Shown here piece by piece: positions 48,823 through 59,400 of a DNA stretch of 64,000 bases. A program made the position numbers and the translations under genes. Positions within the stretch are counted from its first letter, which is position 1. Every line of letters begins with the position of its first letter. A model generated the notes under the pieces. The model did no database searches. It was given only the letters and a program-made list of their open reading frames with translations, and was not told the DNA's origin. The stretch comes from an uncultured Candidatus Saccharibacteria bacterium (GTDB taxonomy: Bacteria > Patescibacteriota > Minisyncoccia > Phycocordibacterales > UBA9973), in assembly GCA_964622505.1 (NCBI GenBank), contig CAZUQJ010000001.1, positions 44,240-108,239 of the forward strand, written 5' to 3'.

Positions 48823-49029
48823 ATGGAACACATGGAAAGGCCAATGACAATGAATGAAGCACGATCAGAAATACAGATTATAAACGAAATGGCAAACAAA
48901 ACGGGTAATATTGATTCTGAAAATCATGTATTTAAAGAGATAATCAAAGCATTAGAGTCAGGTCAGATCACACCACAAATTGCTGTTAACAAAGCTCGTG
49001 CTGTTTTAGAAAGTAGAGACGAGATTTAA
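48823..49029 (+). CDS. small hypothetical protein
   Basis: 68-aa ORF filling the intergenic gap. Confidence 0.55.
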   Translation: MEHMERPMTMNEARSEIQIINEMANKTGNIDSENHVFKEIIKALESGQITPQIAVNKARAVLESRDEI

Positions 49030-49033
49030 TTTT

Positions 49034-50023
49034 CTAACTAATTTTATAATTTACGGGAGCATTTTTTAAATACTCTTCAATTTTTTCGCGAGATAGTAAG
49101 CCTGCTTGTGCTCCAATGTATTGCACAACACTCATTGAGTTGATTGGTCCGTAGAGTAATGCATCTTTGAATTCTATTCCAAGTGCTAGCATTGCAGTGA
49201 TAGTAGATGATGTTGCATCTCCGGCACCAGTGCGATCTACTGGTTCTTTTATGTCTGGATACATTGGCAAGCTGTAGAAATTGGTACCATCGCTTGCGGT
49301 CAGTCCGTTTGGCCCGTCAGTAATAACTACTTTCTTTGGCCCGATGGCACGCATCATTTCATGAAGTTTTTTCAAGTCAGATTCTTCTGTTTCTAATATT
49401 TTTTTCGCTTCTTCTACATTGCAGAAGAATATTTCAGTATGTTCATATATTTTTTTCAATCGTTCTTTACCTGCTTTTATCTGAAATGTTCCTGGCTGGA
49501 ATGCGAGTTTTGTTTCTTTGTGATCCTCGAGCCATGTGGCTACTTCGTCATGGAAGGCTAGAGCATTTGGGTTGATAGAACTGAAGTATAGATAGTCTAC
49601 GGTAGTATCATCTGGTGGCAATTGATAAGAAAATGAAGCATGCTTTACGAGTATTGTCCGTTCTGCTCCATAGCGGAGGACATAGTGACAATTTGTAGGG
49701 TATTCTTCGGATACTGATATGTAGTTTACATCAATATTTTCTTTTTTAAGTGCGTTGATACAGTTGTCTCCATGGACATCTTTACCCACAGCGACTATCA
49801 GTGCACTTGATAAACCCAATCGTGCAGCTGAAACAGCAGCATTTGGACTGTTGCCAACAGCGTCTACGGTAACAGCGTCTTCGTAAGGAATTTTTGCTCC
49901 AAAATCAACACACAATTTACAATTACGCTTATCAATATCACAGTTTACTGTAGCATCTTTCAAAGTTATAAAAATATCGGTAACAACATCACCGAGGCCT
50001 AAAAATTGTATATGTTTTGACAT
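49034..50023 (-). CDS. PfkB family carbohydrate kinase
   Basis: N.AVSAARLG, N.EEA, DRTGAGDA. Confidence 0.9.
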   Translation of the reverse strand: MSKHIQFLGLGDVVTDIFITLKDATVNCDIDKRNCKLCVDFGAKIPYEDAVTVDAVGNSPNAAVSAARLGLSSALIVAVGKDVHGDNCINALKKENIDVNYISVSEEYPTNCHYVLRYGAERTILVKHASFSYQLPPDDTTVDYLYFSSINPNALAFHDEVATWLEDHKETKLAFQPGTFQIKAGKERLKKIYEHTEIFFCNVEEAKKILETEESDLKKLHEMMRAIGPKKVVITDGPNGLTASDGTNFYSLPMYPDIKEPVDRTGAGDATSSTITAMLALGIEFKDALLYGPINSMSVVQYIGAQAGLLSREKIEEYLKNAPVNYKIS

Positions 50024-50063
50024 GTTTTTATTATAGCATACTGTGATATAATGGTAGTACATT

Positions 50064-51827
50064 ATGCAATCAAACATAGAACTTGCGCAAGAAATTAAAA
50101 AGTTTTTTAAAGGGGATATCGATACTACAGACGAAACACTCGAGAAATACTCTCACGACGCAAGCGTGTGTGTAGTTCGCCCACAGATCGTAGTCTTTCC
50201 AAAAGATTCAAATGATGTACAACAACTTGTAAAATGGGTTAATGATTACAACACACATTCTGAAAGCCCGAAGCAAGGCTTAGGGCTGACAAAACTTTCT
50301 ATTACGCCACGTGCTGCCGGTACTTGCATGTCCGGTGGAGCTATTGGTGAGTCTATTATCATGGACTTTACTCGCTATATGAATGTGATCACCACTGTTG
50401 CTAAAGTCACTCCGTTTACAATTATGCCCAAGTATCCTGACGCGCATGCAGTAGAAGTCTCTGGTGTTGCGACAGTTGCTCCAGGGTGTTTCTATAGGGA
50501 TTTCGAGCTTGCGACTGTCAAAGAGGGCTTGCTTTTGCCATGCTACACCGCTTCCAAAAGTTTGAATGCTATCGGCGGTATGATCGGCAACAATTCTGCT
50601 GGGGAAAAGACTCTAAACTATGGTAAAACAGAAGACTATGTAAAAGAATTACAAGTTGTCTTTGCTGATGGTAGGGAATACACTGTTAAACCGCTTAACA
50701 AAAAGGAGCTGTATGCAAAGATCGCTCAAGGCGACTTTGAAGGTGATGTATACAAAAATATTTTTGCACTTATAAATGAAAATAAAGACGCAATCAAAAA
50801 TGCTAAACCAAATGTTTCCAAAAATTCTGCCGGCTATTATATCTGGAATGTTTGGGATGAAGAAAAAGAGATTTTTGATTTAACTAAACTCATTGTCGGT
50901 TCACAGGGAACATTGGGAATCGTGACCAATATCACACTCCATCTAGTCCAAGTAAAACCAGCTTCAAAGCTCGTAGTCATATTTATGAATGACCTCTCTC
51001 GCCTTGGCGAATTGGTAGATGCAATCCTACCGTTCAAACCCGAGAGTATCGAATCTTATGACGATGCCACGATGAAATTGGCTATCAAATTTTTCCCAGA
51101 CTTTCTAAAAAAGAAGGGTATATGGGGAATGATCAAGTTTATGTGGAGCTTTTGGCCTGAAGCTTTTATGATGCTTGTACGGGGTATGCCGAAATTAATT
51201 TTACTTGTAGAGTTTGCTGGGTATGATGATACCGAAGTTAAAAATGAAGCAAAGAAATTAGCCCAAACCTTAAAACTTTTTTCTTTCCCTATACGTATTA
51301 CAAAAAGTAAAACAGACGCAGAAAAATATTGGGATATCCGCCGAGAGAGCTTTGCCTTGCTACGCAAGCATGTGAGAGATAAGCATACCGCTCCTTTTAT
51401 AGACGACATCGTAGTCCGCCCAGAATTCCTGCCGGAATTCTTGCCGAAACTGCACACGATTCTTAAAGAGTATCCGATCACATACACTATTGCTGGTCAT
51501 GCGGGCAACGGCAACTTCCACATAATCCCTTTGATGGATTTCTCTGATCCAAATACAGGCAAAATAATCATAGATCTATCAGAAAAAGTGTACAAACTAG
51601 TGCTTGAATACAAAGGCTCTATCACTGCCGAGCACAATGACGGCCTAATACGTACACCATACTTGGTCCAAATGTATGGGCAGAAAGTGTACCACTTATT
51701 CGAAGAGATCAAAAATATTTTCGACAAAGACAACATACTAAATCCCGGCAAAAAAGTCGGCGCAACAGTGGAATATACATACAACCATATCCTCAAAGAA
51801 AAGCACTCAAAAGACCACAAGATATAA
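50064..51827 (+). CDS. FAD-binding oxidoreductase (GlcD / D-lactate dehydrogenase-like)
   Basis: PRAAGTCMSG, IGGMIGNN, GSQGTLG, GHAGNGNFH, AEHNDG, LNPGK. Confidence 0.9.
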   Translation: MQSNIELAQEIKKFFKGDIDTTDETLEKYSHDASVCVVRPQIVVFPKDSNDVQQLVKWVNDYNTHSESPKQGLGLTKLSITPRAAGTCMSGGAIGESIIMDFTRYMNVITTVAKVTPFTIMPKYPDAHAVEVSGVATVAPGCFYRDFELATVKEGLLLPCYTASKSLNAIGGMIGNNSAGEKTLNYGKTEDYVKELQVVFADGREYTVKPLNKKELYAKIAQGDFEGDVYKNIFALINENKDAIKNAKPNVSKNSAGYYIWNVWDEEKEIFDLTKLIVGSQGTLGIVTNITLHLVQVKPASKLVVIFMNDLSRLGELVDAILPFKPESIESYDDATMKLAIKFFPDFLKKKGIWGMIKFMWSFWPEAFMMLVRGMPKLILLVEFAGYDDTEVKNEAKKLAQTLKLFSFPIRITKSKTDAEKYWDIRRESFALLRKHVRDKHTAPFIDDIVVRPEFLPEFLPKLHTILKEYPITYTIAGHAGNGNFHIIPLMDFSDPNTGKIIIDLSEKVYKLVLEYKGSITAEHNDGLIRTPYLVQMYGQKVYHLFEEIKNIFDKDNILNPGKKVGATVEYTYNHILKEKHSKDHKI

Positions 51828-51864
51828 TTTGCCGAAAAAGAGAATTTGTGCTAGTATTACCCTC

Positions 51865-52509
51865 ATGAAAACATTAATCGCAACAATGCGGAGTAAGGCA
51901 GACAAGCTCGCGACTATACGAAGTAAAGGTATGGTCCCTGCTGTCGTCTATGGAGCACACGTTGAGAATACCTCAATCTCTGTCTCTAGTATAGAGTTTA
52001 TTAAAAAATTTAAAGAGGCTGGCGAGTCGAGTACTATTGTATTGGAATTGGGCACAAAAAAGGTGGATGTATTGATCCACGATGTCTACTTTGACCCAGT
52101 CAAAGGATTCCCTGTGCACGTAGATTTCCTAGCTGTGGATATGAACAAGCCGGTAGAGGTGAGTGTACCACTTGAATTCACTGGAGTTGCGCCGGCTGAG
52201 AAAACTGGTTTGGGTACATTGGTCAAGGTTCTACATGAAGTACAGATCAAGGCGTTGCCAAAAGACTTGCCACACAACTTGATCGTAGATATTTCAAGTT
52301 TGGTTACATTGGACGACAAGATCCATGTAAAAGATATTCCATTGACTACCGGAGTTAGCATGTTGACCGACGGTGAAGAAATCGTAGCTCTCGTCGCTAT
52401 TGTCAAAGAGGTCAAAGAAGAAGATGTCGCGGTAGATCTATCAGCGATCGAAGTTGAAAAGAAAGGCAAGAAAGAGGAGGAAGGAGGAGAAGCAGAAAGT
52501 AGTAAGTAA
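51865..52509 (+). CDS. rplY: 50S ribosomal protein L25/Ctc
   Basis: PAVVYG, HVDF, VPLEF.G, LP..LP. Confidence 0.93.
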   Translation: MKTLIATMRSKADKLATIRSKGMVPAVVYGAHVENTSISVSSIEFIKKFKEAGESSTIVLELGTKKVDVLIHDVYFDPVKGFPVHVDFLAVDMNKPVEVSVPLEFTGVAPAEKTGLGTLVKVLHEVQIKALPKDLPHNLIVDISSLVTLDDKIHVKDIPLTTGVSMLTDGEEIVALVAIVKEVKEEDVAVDLSAIEVEKKGKKEEEGGEAESSK

Positions 52510-52565
52510 TAAGTAGGAAGGAAAAACTGCACATTTGTGCAGTTTTTTTATGGTATAATAGACGC

Positions 52566-53918
52566 ATGAGTTTACTGAAACGTCATATTATTTTTGTGAT
52601 TGTAGTGCTTCTTGTTCTGCCATTTGCAGGAGTACAAGTCTTTGCCGCTCCCACTGCTCAATTGCAATTGGCACAAGGGGACAAGGCACGGCTCGAAGCT
52701 GAGCTTGCCAAGCTCGAAGCCGAAATTGCCCAAAAACAAAAGGAACTTGAAGGTCAAAAAGGCCAGTCGGTCTCACTGTCACGGGATATCTCTATTCTCA
52801 ATACTCAAATCAACAAATCGAAATTAGATATCCAGGCAAAAGGACTCACAATCAAGAAGCTTGGCGGTGAGATTGTGGATAAAAATAAAAAGATCCAAAG
52901 CCTAACAGAGAAGATAGAGTCAGAAAAGCAGTCTCTGGCACAGCTCATCCGTAAAGAGCGCGAGCTTGACGACATGTCACTGATTGCCCTGACACTTTCT
53001 CGTGCCAGTTTGTCTGAAATGTATGGTGATGTACAAACTTTTTCTTCTATTAAAAATGCTGTAAAGAATTCTGTTGATACTATTCGAGGTGTTCGTACCG
53101 AAACCCAAACAGAAAAGAAGTCTTTGGAAGACAAAAAGAATAAAGAGACAGATATAAAGGTGGAGCTCGAAAATACAAAAAAGCAGGTAGAGAAGAACGA
53201 AGCTGATAAAAAGGTGCTATTATCGATAAGTAAAAACAAAGAAACAGAATACCAAAAAGTCTTGGCAGACAAAGCTAAACAAAAAGCGAGTATTCTTTCG
53301 GCCCTGTTTGGCTTGCGTGACACAGGAGCCATACCTTTTAGTCGGGCACTTGAGTATGCCAATACTTCTTCAAAAGTAAGTGGTGTCCGTCCTGCCTTTA
53401 TCTTGGCAATCATAACCCAAGAGAGTAACCTTGGTACTGATCAAGGGTCTTGCTACGTTACAGATCTCACTACTGGATCGGGAGTGAGCTCTCGTAGTGG
53501 CAAAGCCTTTCCAAATGTTATGAAGCCGTCTCGCGACATACCCCCATTTAAAAAAATTACCGAAGAGCTAGGACGTGATTTTATGAAAACACTTGTTTCG
53601 TGTCCTATCGGTGGTATAGGTTGGGGTGGAGCTATGGGTCCTGCTCAATTTATCCCTTCTACATGGGCAGGTATGAGCAAGAAAATTTCTGCTGCGCTTG
53701 GCAAGGCAACTCCCGACCCATGGAATGCCCCAGATGCCTTTATGGCCTCTGCGTTGTTTCTAAAAGAGCTTGGAGGGGTCAATGGTAGCTATAGTGCAGA
53801 GATAAAGGCCGCTTGCAAGTACTATGGTACCGGAGGCACCTCTTGTGCTTATGGCAAGCAAGTTATGGCGAAAGCCACAAAGATCCAGACAACCATGATT
53901 GACCCTTTGCAAAACTAA
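52566..53918 (+). CDS. secreted coiled-coil protein with C-terminal lytic transglycosylase domain
   Basis: Signal peptide, long coiled coil, AIITQES, GAMGPAQFIPSTW. Confidence 0.85.
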   Translation: MSLLKRHIIFVIVVLLVLPFAGVQVFAAPTAQLQLAQGDKARLEAELAKLEAEIAQKQKELEGQKGQSVSLSRDISILNTQINKSKLDIQAKGLTIKKLGGEIVDKNKKIQSLTEKIESEKQSLAQLIRKERELDDMSLIALTLSRASLSEMYGDVQTFSSIKNAVKNSVDTIRGVRTETQTEKKSLEDKKNKETDIKVELENTKKQVEKNEADKKVLLSISKNKETEYQKVLADKAKQKASILSALFGLRDTGAIPFSRALEYANTSSKVSGVRPAFILAIITQESNLGTDQGSCYVTDLTTGSGVSSRSGKAFPNVMKPSRDIPPFKKITEELGRDFMKTLVSCPIGGIGWGGAMGPAQFIPSTWAGMSKKISAALGKATPDPWNAPDAFMASALFLKELGGVNGSYSAEIKAACKYYGTGGTSCAYGKQVMAKATKIQTTMIDPLQN

Positions 53919-53944
53919 GAAATGTGTGATAGTATAAGCCCTAT

Positions 53945-54160
53945 ATGAAAAAAGATATTCACCCAAAATACAATATTAAATCTGAGGTCACTTGCGCTTG
54001 CGGGGCAGTATTTACTGTTGGTTCTACTATGGACAAAATCAATGTTGAAATCTGTAGCCAATGTCACCCATTCTATACTGGAAATGAAAAGGTGCTCGAT
54101 ACAGCCGGCCGTGTAGACCGCTTCAAGAAGCGCGCAGCTGTTGCAAAAACAAAGAAATAA
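53945..54160 (+). CDS. rpmE: 50S ribosomal protein L31
   Basis: [27 protein letters not shown]. Confidence 0.97.
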   Translation: MKKDIHPKYNIKSEVTCACGAVFTVGSTMDKINVEICSQCHPFYTGNEKVLDTAGRVDRFKKRAAVAKTKK

Positions 54161-54164
54161 ATAT

Positions 54165-54281
54165 AAAAATTCCTAAATAAACTCTCCCCAGAGGGTACTC
54201 AAATTTTTTGGTAAAAATTTGCTCAGTTCTCCGGCCGTCGCCGTGCGAAGCCCCTCTGGAAAGATTTATTTAGGAATTTTT
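54165..54281. repeat. 117-bp element with 17-bp terminal inverted repeats
   Basis: AAAAATTCCTAAATAAA..CCAGAGGG...CCCTCTGG..TTTATTTAGGAATTTTT. Confidence 0.65.
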
Positions 54282-54310
54282 TTATAACGTTTTGTAGTAC
54301 AATAAATTAT

Positions 54311-55282
54311 ATGAACTTCGATCTAGAAGAATTAAAAAAGAATCACAAGACAAGCTATCTCGCAGGTGAGTACGAGCATCTTTTGCGTGAAGAGGCAAAG
54401 GTAAATCAAATGATCACAGAGGATGAGAGTCTGCGTGAATTGGCAGTAGAAGAATTACAAAATATTCAATTCCAAAAAGAGGCGATCGAAAGACAATTGG
54501 AAGAAATTCAGAAGAAAGACAAAGAGGAAGAAGAATTTCCAAATGAAATTATTTTGGAAGTTCGTGCTGGTGCCGGTGGTGACGAAGCGTCACTTTTTGC
54601 ATGGGAGCTTGCTCATATGTATGATCGTTATGCCGAGGACAAGGGATGGTCTTGGAAGATACTCGATGAATCTAAAAATGAAGTTGGTGGATACAAAGAA
54701 GCAAGTTTTGAAATCAGAGGTATGAATGTGTATAGAGAATTGCGCTACGAGACAGGCGTGCACCGTGTACAGCGCGTACCAGCAACTGAGAAAAATGGCC
54801 GTATCCATACCTCAACAGCATCGGTCGCAGTATTGCCAATGCGCAAAAAGGTGAACTTTGTGATCAATCCTGCTGATCTAGAAATGGAATATTCCCGCTC
54901 CGGTGGTGCTGGTGGGCAAAACGTGAACAAGGTGGAAACCGCAGTCCGCTTGATCCACAAGCCAACAGGTATCGATGTGCGTTGTACGACCGAGCGTAGC
55001 CAGCTCGGCAATAGAGAAAAAGCGATGGAGATTCTCCTTTCCAAACTGCAATTACAAAAAGATGAAGAAGAAGCCAAGAAGTATTCCGCAGACAGAAAGA
55101 ATCAGATTGGCACAGGGGACAGAAGCGAGAAGATCCGCACCTACAACTTCCCCCAAGATCGCGTGACAGACCACCGCATCAAGCAATCATGGTCCAACAT
55201 CCCAGGCCTAATGGAAGGCAAAATTACTAAAATTATTGAAGCCCTATCGTCCGGAGTAGTAGGCGACGCCGACGAAGAATAA
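54311..55282 (+). CDS. prfA: peptide chain release factor 1
   Basis: VQRVPATE (PxT), [18 protein letters not shown]. Confidence 0.95.
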   Translation: MNFDLEELKKNHKTSYLAGEYEHLLREEAKVNQMITEDESLRELAVEELQNIQFQKEAIERQLEEIQKKDKEEEEFPNEIILEVRAGAGGDEASLFAWELAHMYDRYAEDKGWSWKILDESKNEVGGYKEASFEIRGMNVYRELRYETGVHRVQRVPATEKNGRIHTSTASVAVLPMRKKVNFVINPADLEMEYSRSGGAGGQNVNKVETAVRLIHKPTGIDVRCTTERSQLGNREKAMEILLSKLQLQKDEEEAKKYSADRKNQIGTGDRSEKIRTYNFPQDRVTDHRIKQSWSNIPGLMEGKITKIIEALSSGVVGDADEE

Positions 55283-55316
55283 AAACAGCCCGAACGACAG
55301 TTCGGGCTGTTTTTTA
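55281..55316. terminator. bidirectional terminator
   Basis: AAAAACAGCCCGAAC-gaca-GTTCGGGCTGTTTTTT. Confidence 0.8.
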
Positions 55317-55325
55317 AAAAGTTTT

Positions 55326-56198
55326 TTAATTCACAGCAAATATGTTACCAAAAGATATTGAGTAGCCTCGTGCGCCAGGGTAGTCGAAATTCATTCCTGA
55401 TATTCCTAAGTTGAACAATCCATTGGTTAGAGATTTGGAATCCAAAACATCAGCCTTGATGACAAAGTCTACTGTGGTCCCACCTTTTTTAATATCGAGA
55501 TCGATCGGTGCCCATGCGTACCAAGAACTTCCTTCTTTGCTCCAATTAGTAATCGGTACTGTAGCGAGGAGGTTTTTTTTACTATCGTAAACGTATGTTT
55601 TGCCAATTTTTAAGCTTGGGTCAGTCAATGATCCTAATTGAACTTTATCTATACAAATTGGTCCGCTTGTTTTTGTAGTTGTTAGGGAAATTGTTGCAAA
55701 GTGAAAATCCTTAGTCTCAGAGCGTCCTGTACCAAACATGCCACCCTCTGGAGTTTTGCTATTTGACAGAGTATAGGATCCAGCACTTTTTGCATTACAT
55801 GTGGCAATAGTAAATAAATTGTCAGATAGATCGTACACTTCGGGAGCACTTACTAAAATCTGATAATGAAGCCCATACTCCATTATAGACCATTGACTTT
55901 GTGTCGGGATGGTAACTACATGTACTCCATCATTGTAAATTTCTGGGCTACCAGTAAAAGACATGGCTGAATCAATAACACTATCTCCTTGGAGAGAAAT
56001 ATTAATAATATTATCTTTTGCAACATTACAACTCTCCCACTTTACCGTAACTTCTTGTCCGGGTGTAAAGAACTCCCCGCCATTTGGTGACAAAACTTTT
56101 ATGTAAGGTTTTGTCGTCTTTGTACATTTAGCAGCATCAGCCTGATATGCAAACCCAACTACCAGCAAACATACAAAAATCATCGATAATTTTTTCAT
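55326..56198 (-). CDS. secreted beta-sandwich surface protein
   Basis: Signal peptide; I.VLSPNGGE...G....V.W ...D.SD..F.I Ig-like module. Confidence 0.7.
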   Translation of the reverse strand: MKKLSMIFVCLLVVGFAYQADAAKCTKTTKPYIKVLSPNGGEFFTPGQEVTVKWESCNVAKDNIINISLQGDSVIDSAMSFTGSPEIYNDGVHVVTIPTQSQWSIMEYGLHYQILVSAPEVYDLSDNLFTIATCNAKSAGSYTLSNSKTPEGGMFGTGRSETKDFHFATISLTTTKTSGPICIDKVQLGSLTDPSLKIGKTYVYDSKKNLLATVPITNWSKEGSSWYAWAPIDLDIKKGGTTVDFVIKADVLDSKSLTNGLFNLGISGMNFDYPGARGYSISFGNIFAVN

Positions 56199-56467
56199 AA
56201 TTTTTATTAAAACCACTTAATTAATATGAGTTTATTATAACATTAGATGCTGAAAATCAACACAATTTCACTTTATAGACTTGCTAGTTTATACTTGAAA
56301 TGTTATATTTTCAGACAGTAGTTTGTATGCATTGGTTTTGTTTCATTTTCGTTGTGTTAAACATTGAGAATGTAAATGAAAATCGGCTAGCGATTACATT
56401 TATAAATTAGTTATCTTCATGTTTGATATATACACGATGTATCTTATCTGAAGCGTATATTGTCATT

Positions 56468-56728
56468 ATGGCAAAGAAATTATACGTTGGTGGTCTTCCT
56501 TACAAGACAACCAATGACGAGCTCAAAGCTCACTTTGAAGCGGCAGGTCCTGTCGAATCAGCAACTATTATCATGGATAAGATGACAAACCGATCAAAAG
56601 GTTTTGGATTCGTAGAAATGGTAAATGATGCAGACGCAGATAATGCTATCTCAATGTTTAACGGCAAAGATTTCGATGGTCGAAATCTAACTGTGAACGA
56701 AGCACGCCCAATGGCTCCAAGAGCATAA
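56468..56728 (+). CDS. RRM RNA-binding protein
   Basis: KLYVGGL (RNP2), KGFGFVEM (RNP1), VNEARP. Confidence 0.95.
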   Translation: MAKKLYVGGLPYKTTNDELKAHFEAAGPVESATIIMDKMTNRSKGFGFVEMVNDADADNAISMFNGKDFDGRNLTVNEARPMAPRA

Positions 56729-56846
56729 GGTAAAATGAAAATCCCCGCATATAAAAGTGCGGGGATTTTCATTTGCTAAAGAGTGTTATTTTTGCTATAT
56801 TTTAGGTGCCCAAGGAGAATGGGTAGTTATTTTTGTGTAAAAGTTT

Positions 56847-56918
56847 GAGCGTGTAGTTCAGTGGTAGAACGCTGTCCTGATAAGACAGAGGTCGATGGTC
56901 CGATTCCATCCACGCTCA
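56847..56918 (+). tRNA. tRNA-Ile(GAT)
   Basis: GAGCGTG/CACGCTC acceptor stem, CTGTC-ctGATaa-GACAG anticodon arm; atypical T-loop TCCGATT. Confidence 0.88.
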
Positions 56919-56919
56919 C

Positions 56920-57195
56920 ATGGATATAAAAAATCCAAAAAAAGAAACATGGTGGATGCCAGCGGCAATACTATTTGCTCGGATGTCGTTTTGGATAGCA
57001 GGGCCAGTTATCATAGCTTTGTTTTTAGGTAAGTATTTAGATACACGTTTTAGTTCAGAACCCAGAATTTTTATACTTTGTACCGTAATTGCATTTTTAA
57101 TATCAACAATTTCTATAGTTAGAATTTCAAAAAAATATATAAAAAAGTTAGAGATAGAGGCCAAACAAAAAAATGTCAACACAACCAGTCAATAA
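56920..57195 (+). CDS. AtpZ/AtpI-family membrane protein
   Basis: Two TM helices, G.YLD...P; first gene of the atp operon. Confidence 0.8.
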   Translation: MDIKNPKKETWWMPAAILFARMSFWIAGPVIIALFLGKYLDTRFSSEPRIFILCTVIAFLISTISIVRISKKYIKKLEIEAKQKNVNTTSQ

Positions 57196-58138
57196 TGGAA
57201 TAAATCACAAGAACCTTGAAACAACCACTGCTCAAGAAGTGGCAAATGGCGGTCATGAAGAAATTTCTCACGAGGCAACTTTGTATGCCGAGCCGATTGC
57301 TCACATAGGATCGTTTACTATCACTAATGCTCTTTTTACTAGTTGGATTGTTGTGCTTATTATTATTGCACTTGCTATCGCAATAAGAGTAAAAATAAAG
57401 AAAATTCCAAAAGGTATCCAAAACTTTTTTGAAATCATTTTAGAGGGTGCTACTAACTTGTGTGATCAGGTTACAAATGACCGCAAGATTACCAACAAGG
57501 CTTTTCCCATAGTTTTTGCCATTTTTTTGTTTGTGCTTATAAATAATTGGATGGGTATATTGCCACTTGGAGGATTCGGTCTGATTGAAATGACAGACCA
57601 TGGCAAAGCCTTTATCCCACTTATACGTAGCGGAACTGCAGATATCAATGGCACACTACCTCTTGCTATACTCTCTGTTTTAGGGGCAAATTTGTTTGGA
57701 GTGATATCAATCGGTCTATGGAAAACTTTCAACAAATATGTTAATCTGAAGGCGTTGGGAGGGATATTTACAAAAGTTCGCAAAGATCCAATGGTCTTGT
57801 TGACTGCTCCTATAATGGTTTTCGTTAGTGCATTGGAACTTATCGGTGAATTTGCAAAGATTGCATCGCTATCATTCCGTCTATTCGGTAATGTATTTGC
57901 TGGCGAAGTATTGCTTGCTTCAATGGCTGCTGTTATGGCATATCTTGTCCCAACACCATTCCTATTATTGGAGGTTTTTGTAGGAGTTATACAAGCATTT
58001 ATATTCTCTATCCTAACGCTTGTTTATTACACAATTGCTTCTCAAGACCACGATGAACATGATGAACACAAAGAGCACTCCGAACACACCACACATGAAG
58101 AGGTAACAGATATTCCTAAATTGGCAGAATCACATTAA
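57173..58138 (+). CDS. atpB: ATP synthase subunit a
   Basis: NNWMGILP, SLSFRLFGNVFAGE, IQAFIF. Confidence 0.95.
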   Translation: MSTQPVNNGINHKNLETTTAQEVANGGHEEISHEATLYAEPIAHIGSFTITNALFTSWIVVLIIIALAIAIRVKIKKIPKGIQNFFEIILEGATNLCDQVTNDRKITNKAFPIVFAIFLFVLINNWMGILPLGGFGLIEMTDHGKAFIPLIRSGTADINGTLPLAILSVLGANLFGVISIGLWKTFNKYVNLKALGGIFTKVRKDPMVLLTAPIMVFVSALELIGEFAKIASLSFRLFGNVFAGEVLLASMAAVMAYLVPTPFLLLEVFVGVIQAFIFSILTLVYYTIASQDHDEHDEHKEHSEHTTHEEVTDIPKLAESH

Positions 58139-58160
58139 TTTAGAGGTCAAACATTATTAG

Positions 58161-58403
<243 letters not shown>

Positions 58404-58493
58404 TATCGCTACTGACATCTAGCAACTAGGATCTCTATCAACTAGCGGCTAGGAGTTAGGAGCGAATATTTTAAAAATTAAAATTTTATCACC

Positions 58494-58985
58494 ATGGATT
58501 CATTTATTTCAACATTTCACATAGACTGGAAGATCATAATTGCTCAAGCAATCAACTTTATAATTGTGCTTTTGGTTTTATATTTCTTGGCTATCAAACC
58601 GTTAAAAAAGGTAATGTCCGAGCGTACCATGACTATAGATAAGGGTCTGGCAGACGCAAAGGAAAATGCTTTGATGATTGAAAAGTCCAAACAAGAATAC
58701 GAAAAAACAATCGCCGAGGCCAAGCAAGAAGCCCATGAATTATTTCAAGTAGGTAAAAAGGAGGCGGAAGAAAAGAAAGCTCTGATGCTTGAAGAGGCAA
58801 AAACTACTGTAGAAAATATGGTTGCAAACGGTAAGAAAGCGCTCGAAGCCGAAAAAGCAAAAATGGTAGACGAAGCTAAAGCTGAGATTGTGTCATTGGT
58901 GGTAAAAGCGACAGAGAAATTGTTGGAGCAAACTGGCGACACTAAACTCGACGAGAAGCTAGCAAAGCAAGTAAAGAATATTTAA
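58494..58985 (+). CDS. atpF: ATP synthase subunit b
   Basis: QAINF TM helix plus coiled coil; operon order. Confidence 0.92.
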   Translation: MDSFISTFHIDWKIIIAQAINFIIVLLVLYFLAIKPLKKVMSERTMTIDKGLADAKENALMIEKSKQEYEKTIAEAKQEAHELFQVGKKEAEEKKALMLEEAKTTVENMVANGKKALEAEKAKMVDEAKAEIVSLVVKATEKLLEQTGDTKLDEKLAKQVKNI

Positions 58986-58986
58986 T

Positions 58987-59397
58987 ATGGCCACTTTAAA
59001 GAACAACGATATCGCATACGCAATTCATCACGCAACTGTCGACAAGGCAGGAGCTGATCTTCGCATTGCAATATCCAATTCTGCAAAATTTTTATTACGA
59101 CACAAACTTAATAGCAAAAGACGAGATATCGTTTTTCATAAATTACACGAAATACAAAACAAAGAATCCAAAATCGTCGAAGCCAAAATTTTTAGTAAAA
59201 ACAAACTTAGTCACAAAAGTATTCAAGAGATTAAAGAGTTCTTAGAAAAAAGATACAAAGCTGAAACCATAGAATTAGAAGAGGGAGTTGATGAGGGTTT
59301 AATTGGAGGGATGAAGATACAAGTGGGAGACGACATTATAGACGCTACACTTTCAAATCAATTGGATCAATTACAAAAACATTTACTACGAAATTAA
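58987..59397 (+). CDS. atpH: ATP synthase subunit delta (short)
   Basis: D..LIGG..I.VGD..ID.T. Confidence 0.88.
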   Translation: MATLKNNDIAYAIHHATVDKAGADLRIAISNSAKFLLRHKLNSKRRDIVFHKLHEIQNKESKIVEAKIFSKNKLSHKSIQEIKEFLEKRYKAETIELEEGVDEGLIGGMKIQVGDDIIDATLSNQLDQLQKHLLRN

Positions 59398-59400
59398 TAT

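Noticed and set aside
55414-55428. 15-bp reverse-complement match (AACCAATGGATTGTT) to the first array unit as a self-target
   Set aside because: The match includes repeat bases and lacks the spacer-B half, so it is plausible by chance in AT-rich DNA; I saw no full 18-bp self-target by eye
58405-58466. Degenerate CTAG-rich short repeats after atpE
   Set aside because: Too short and irregular to assign a function
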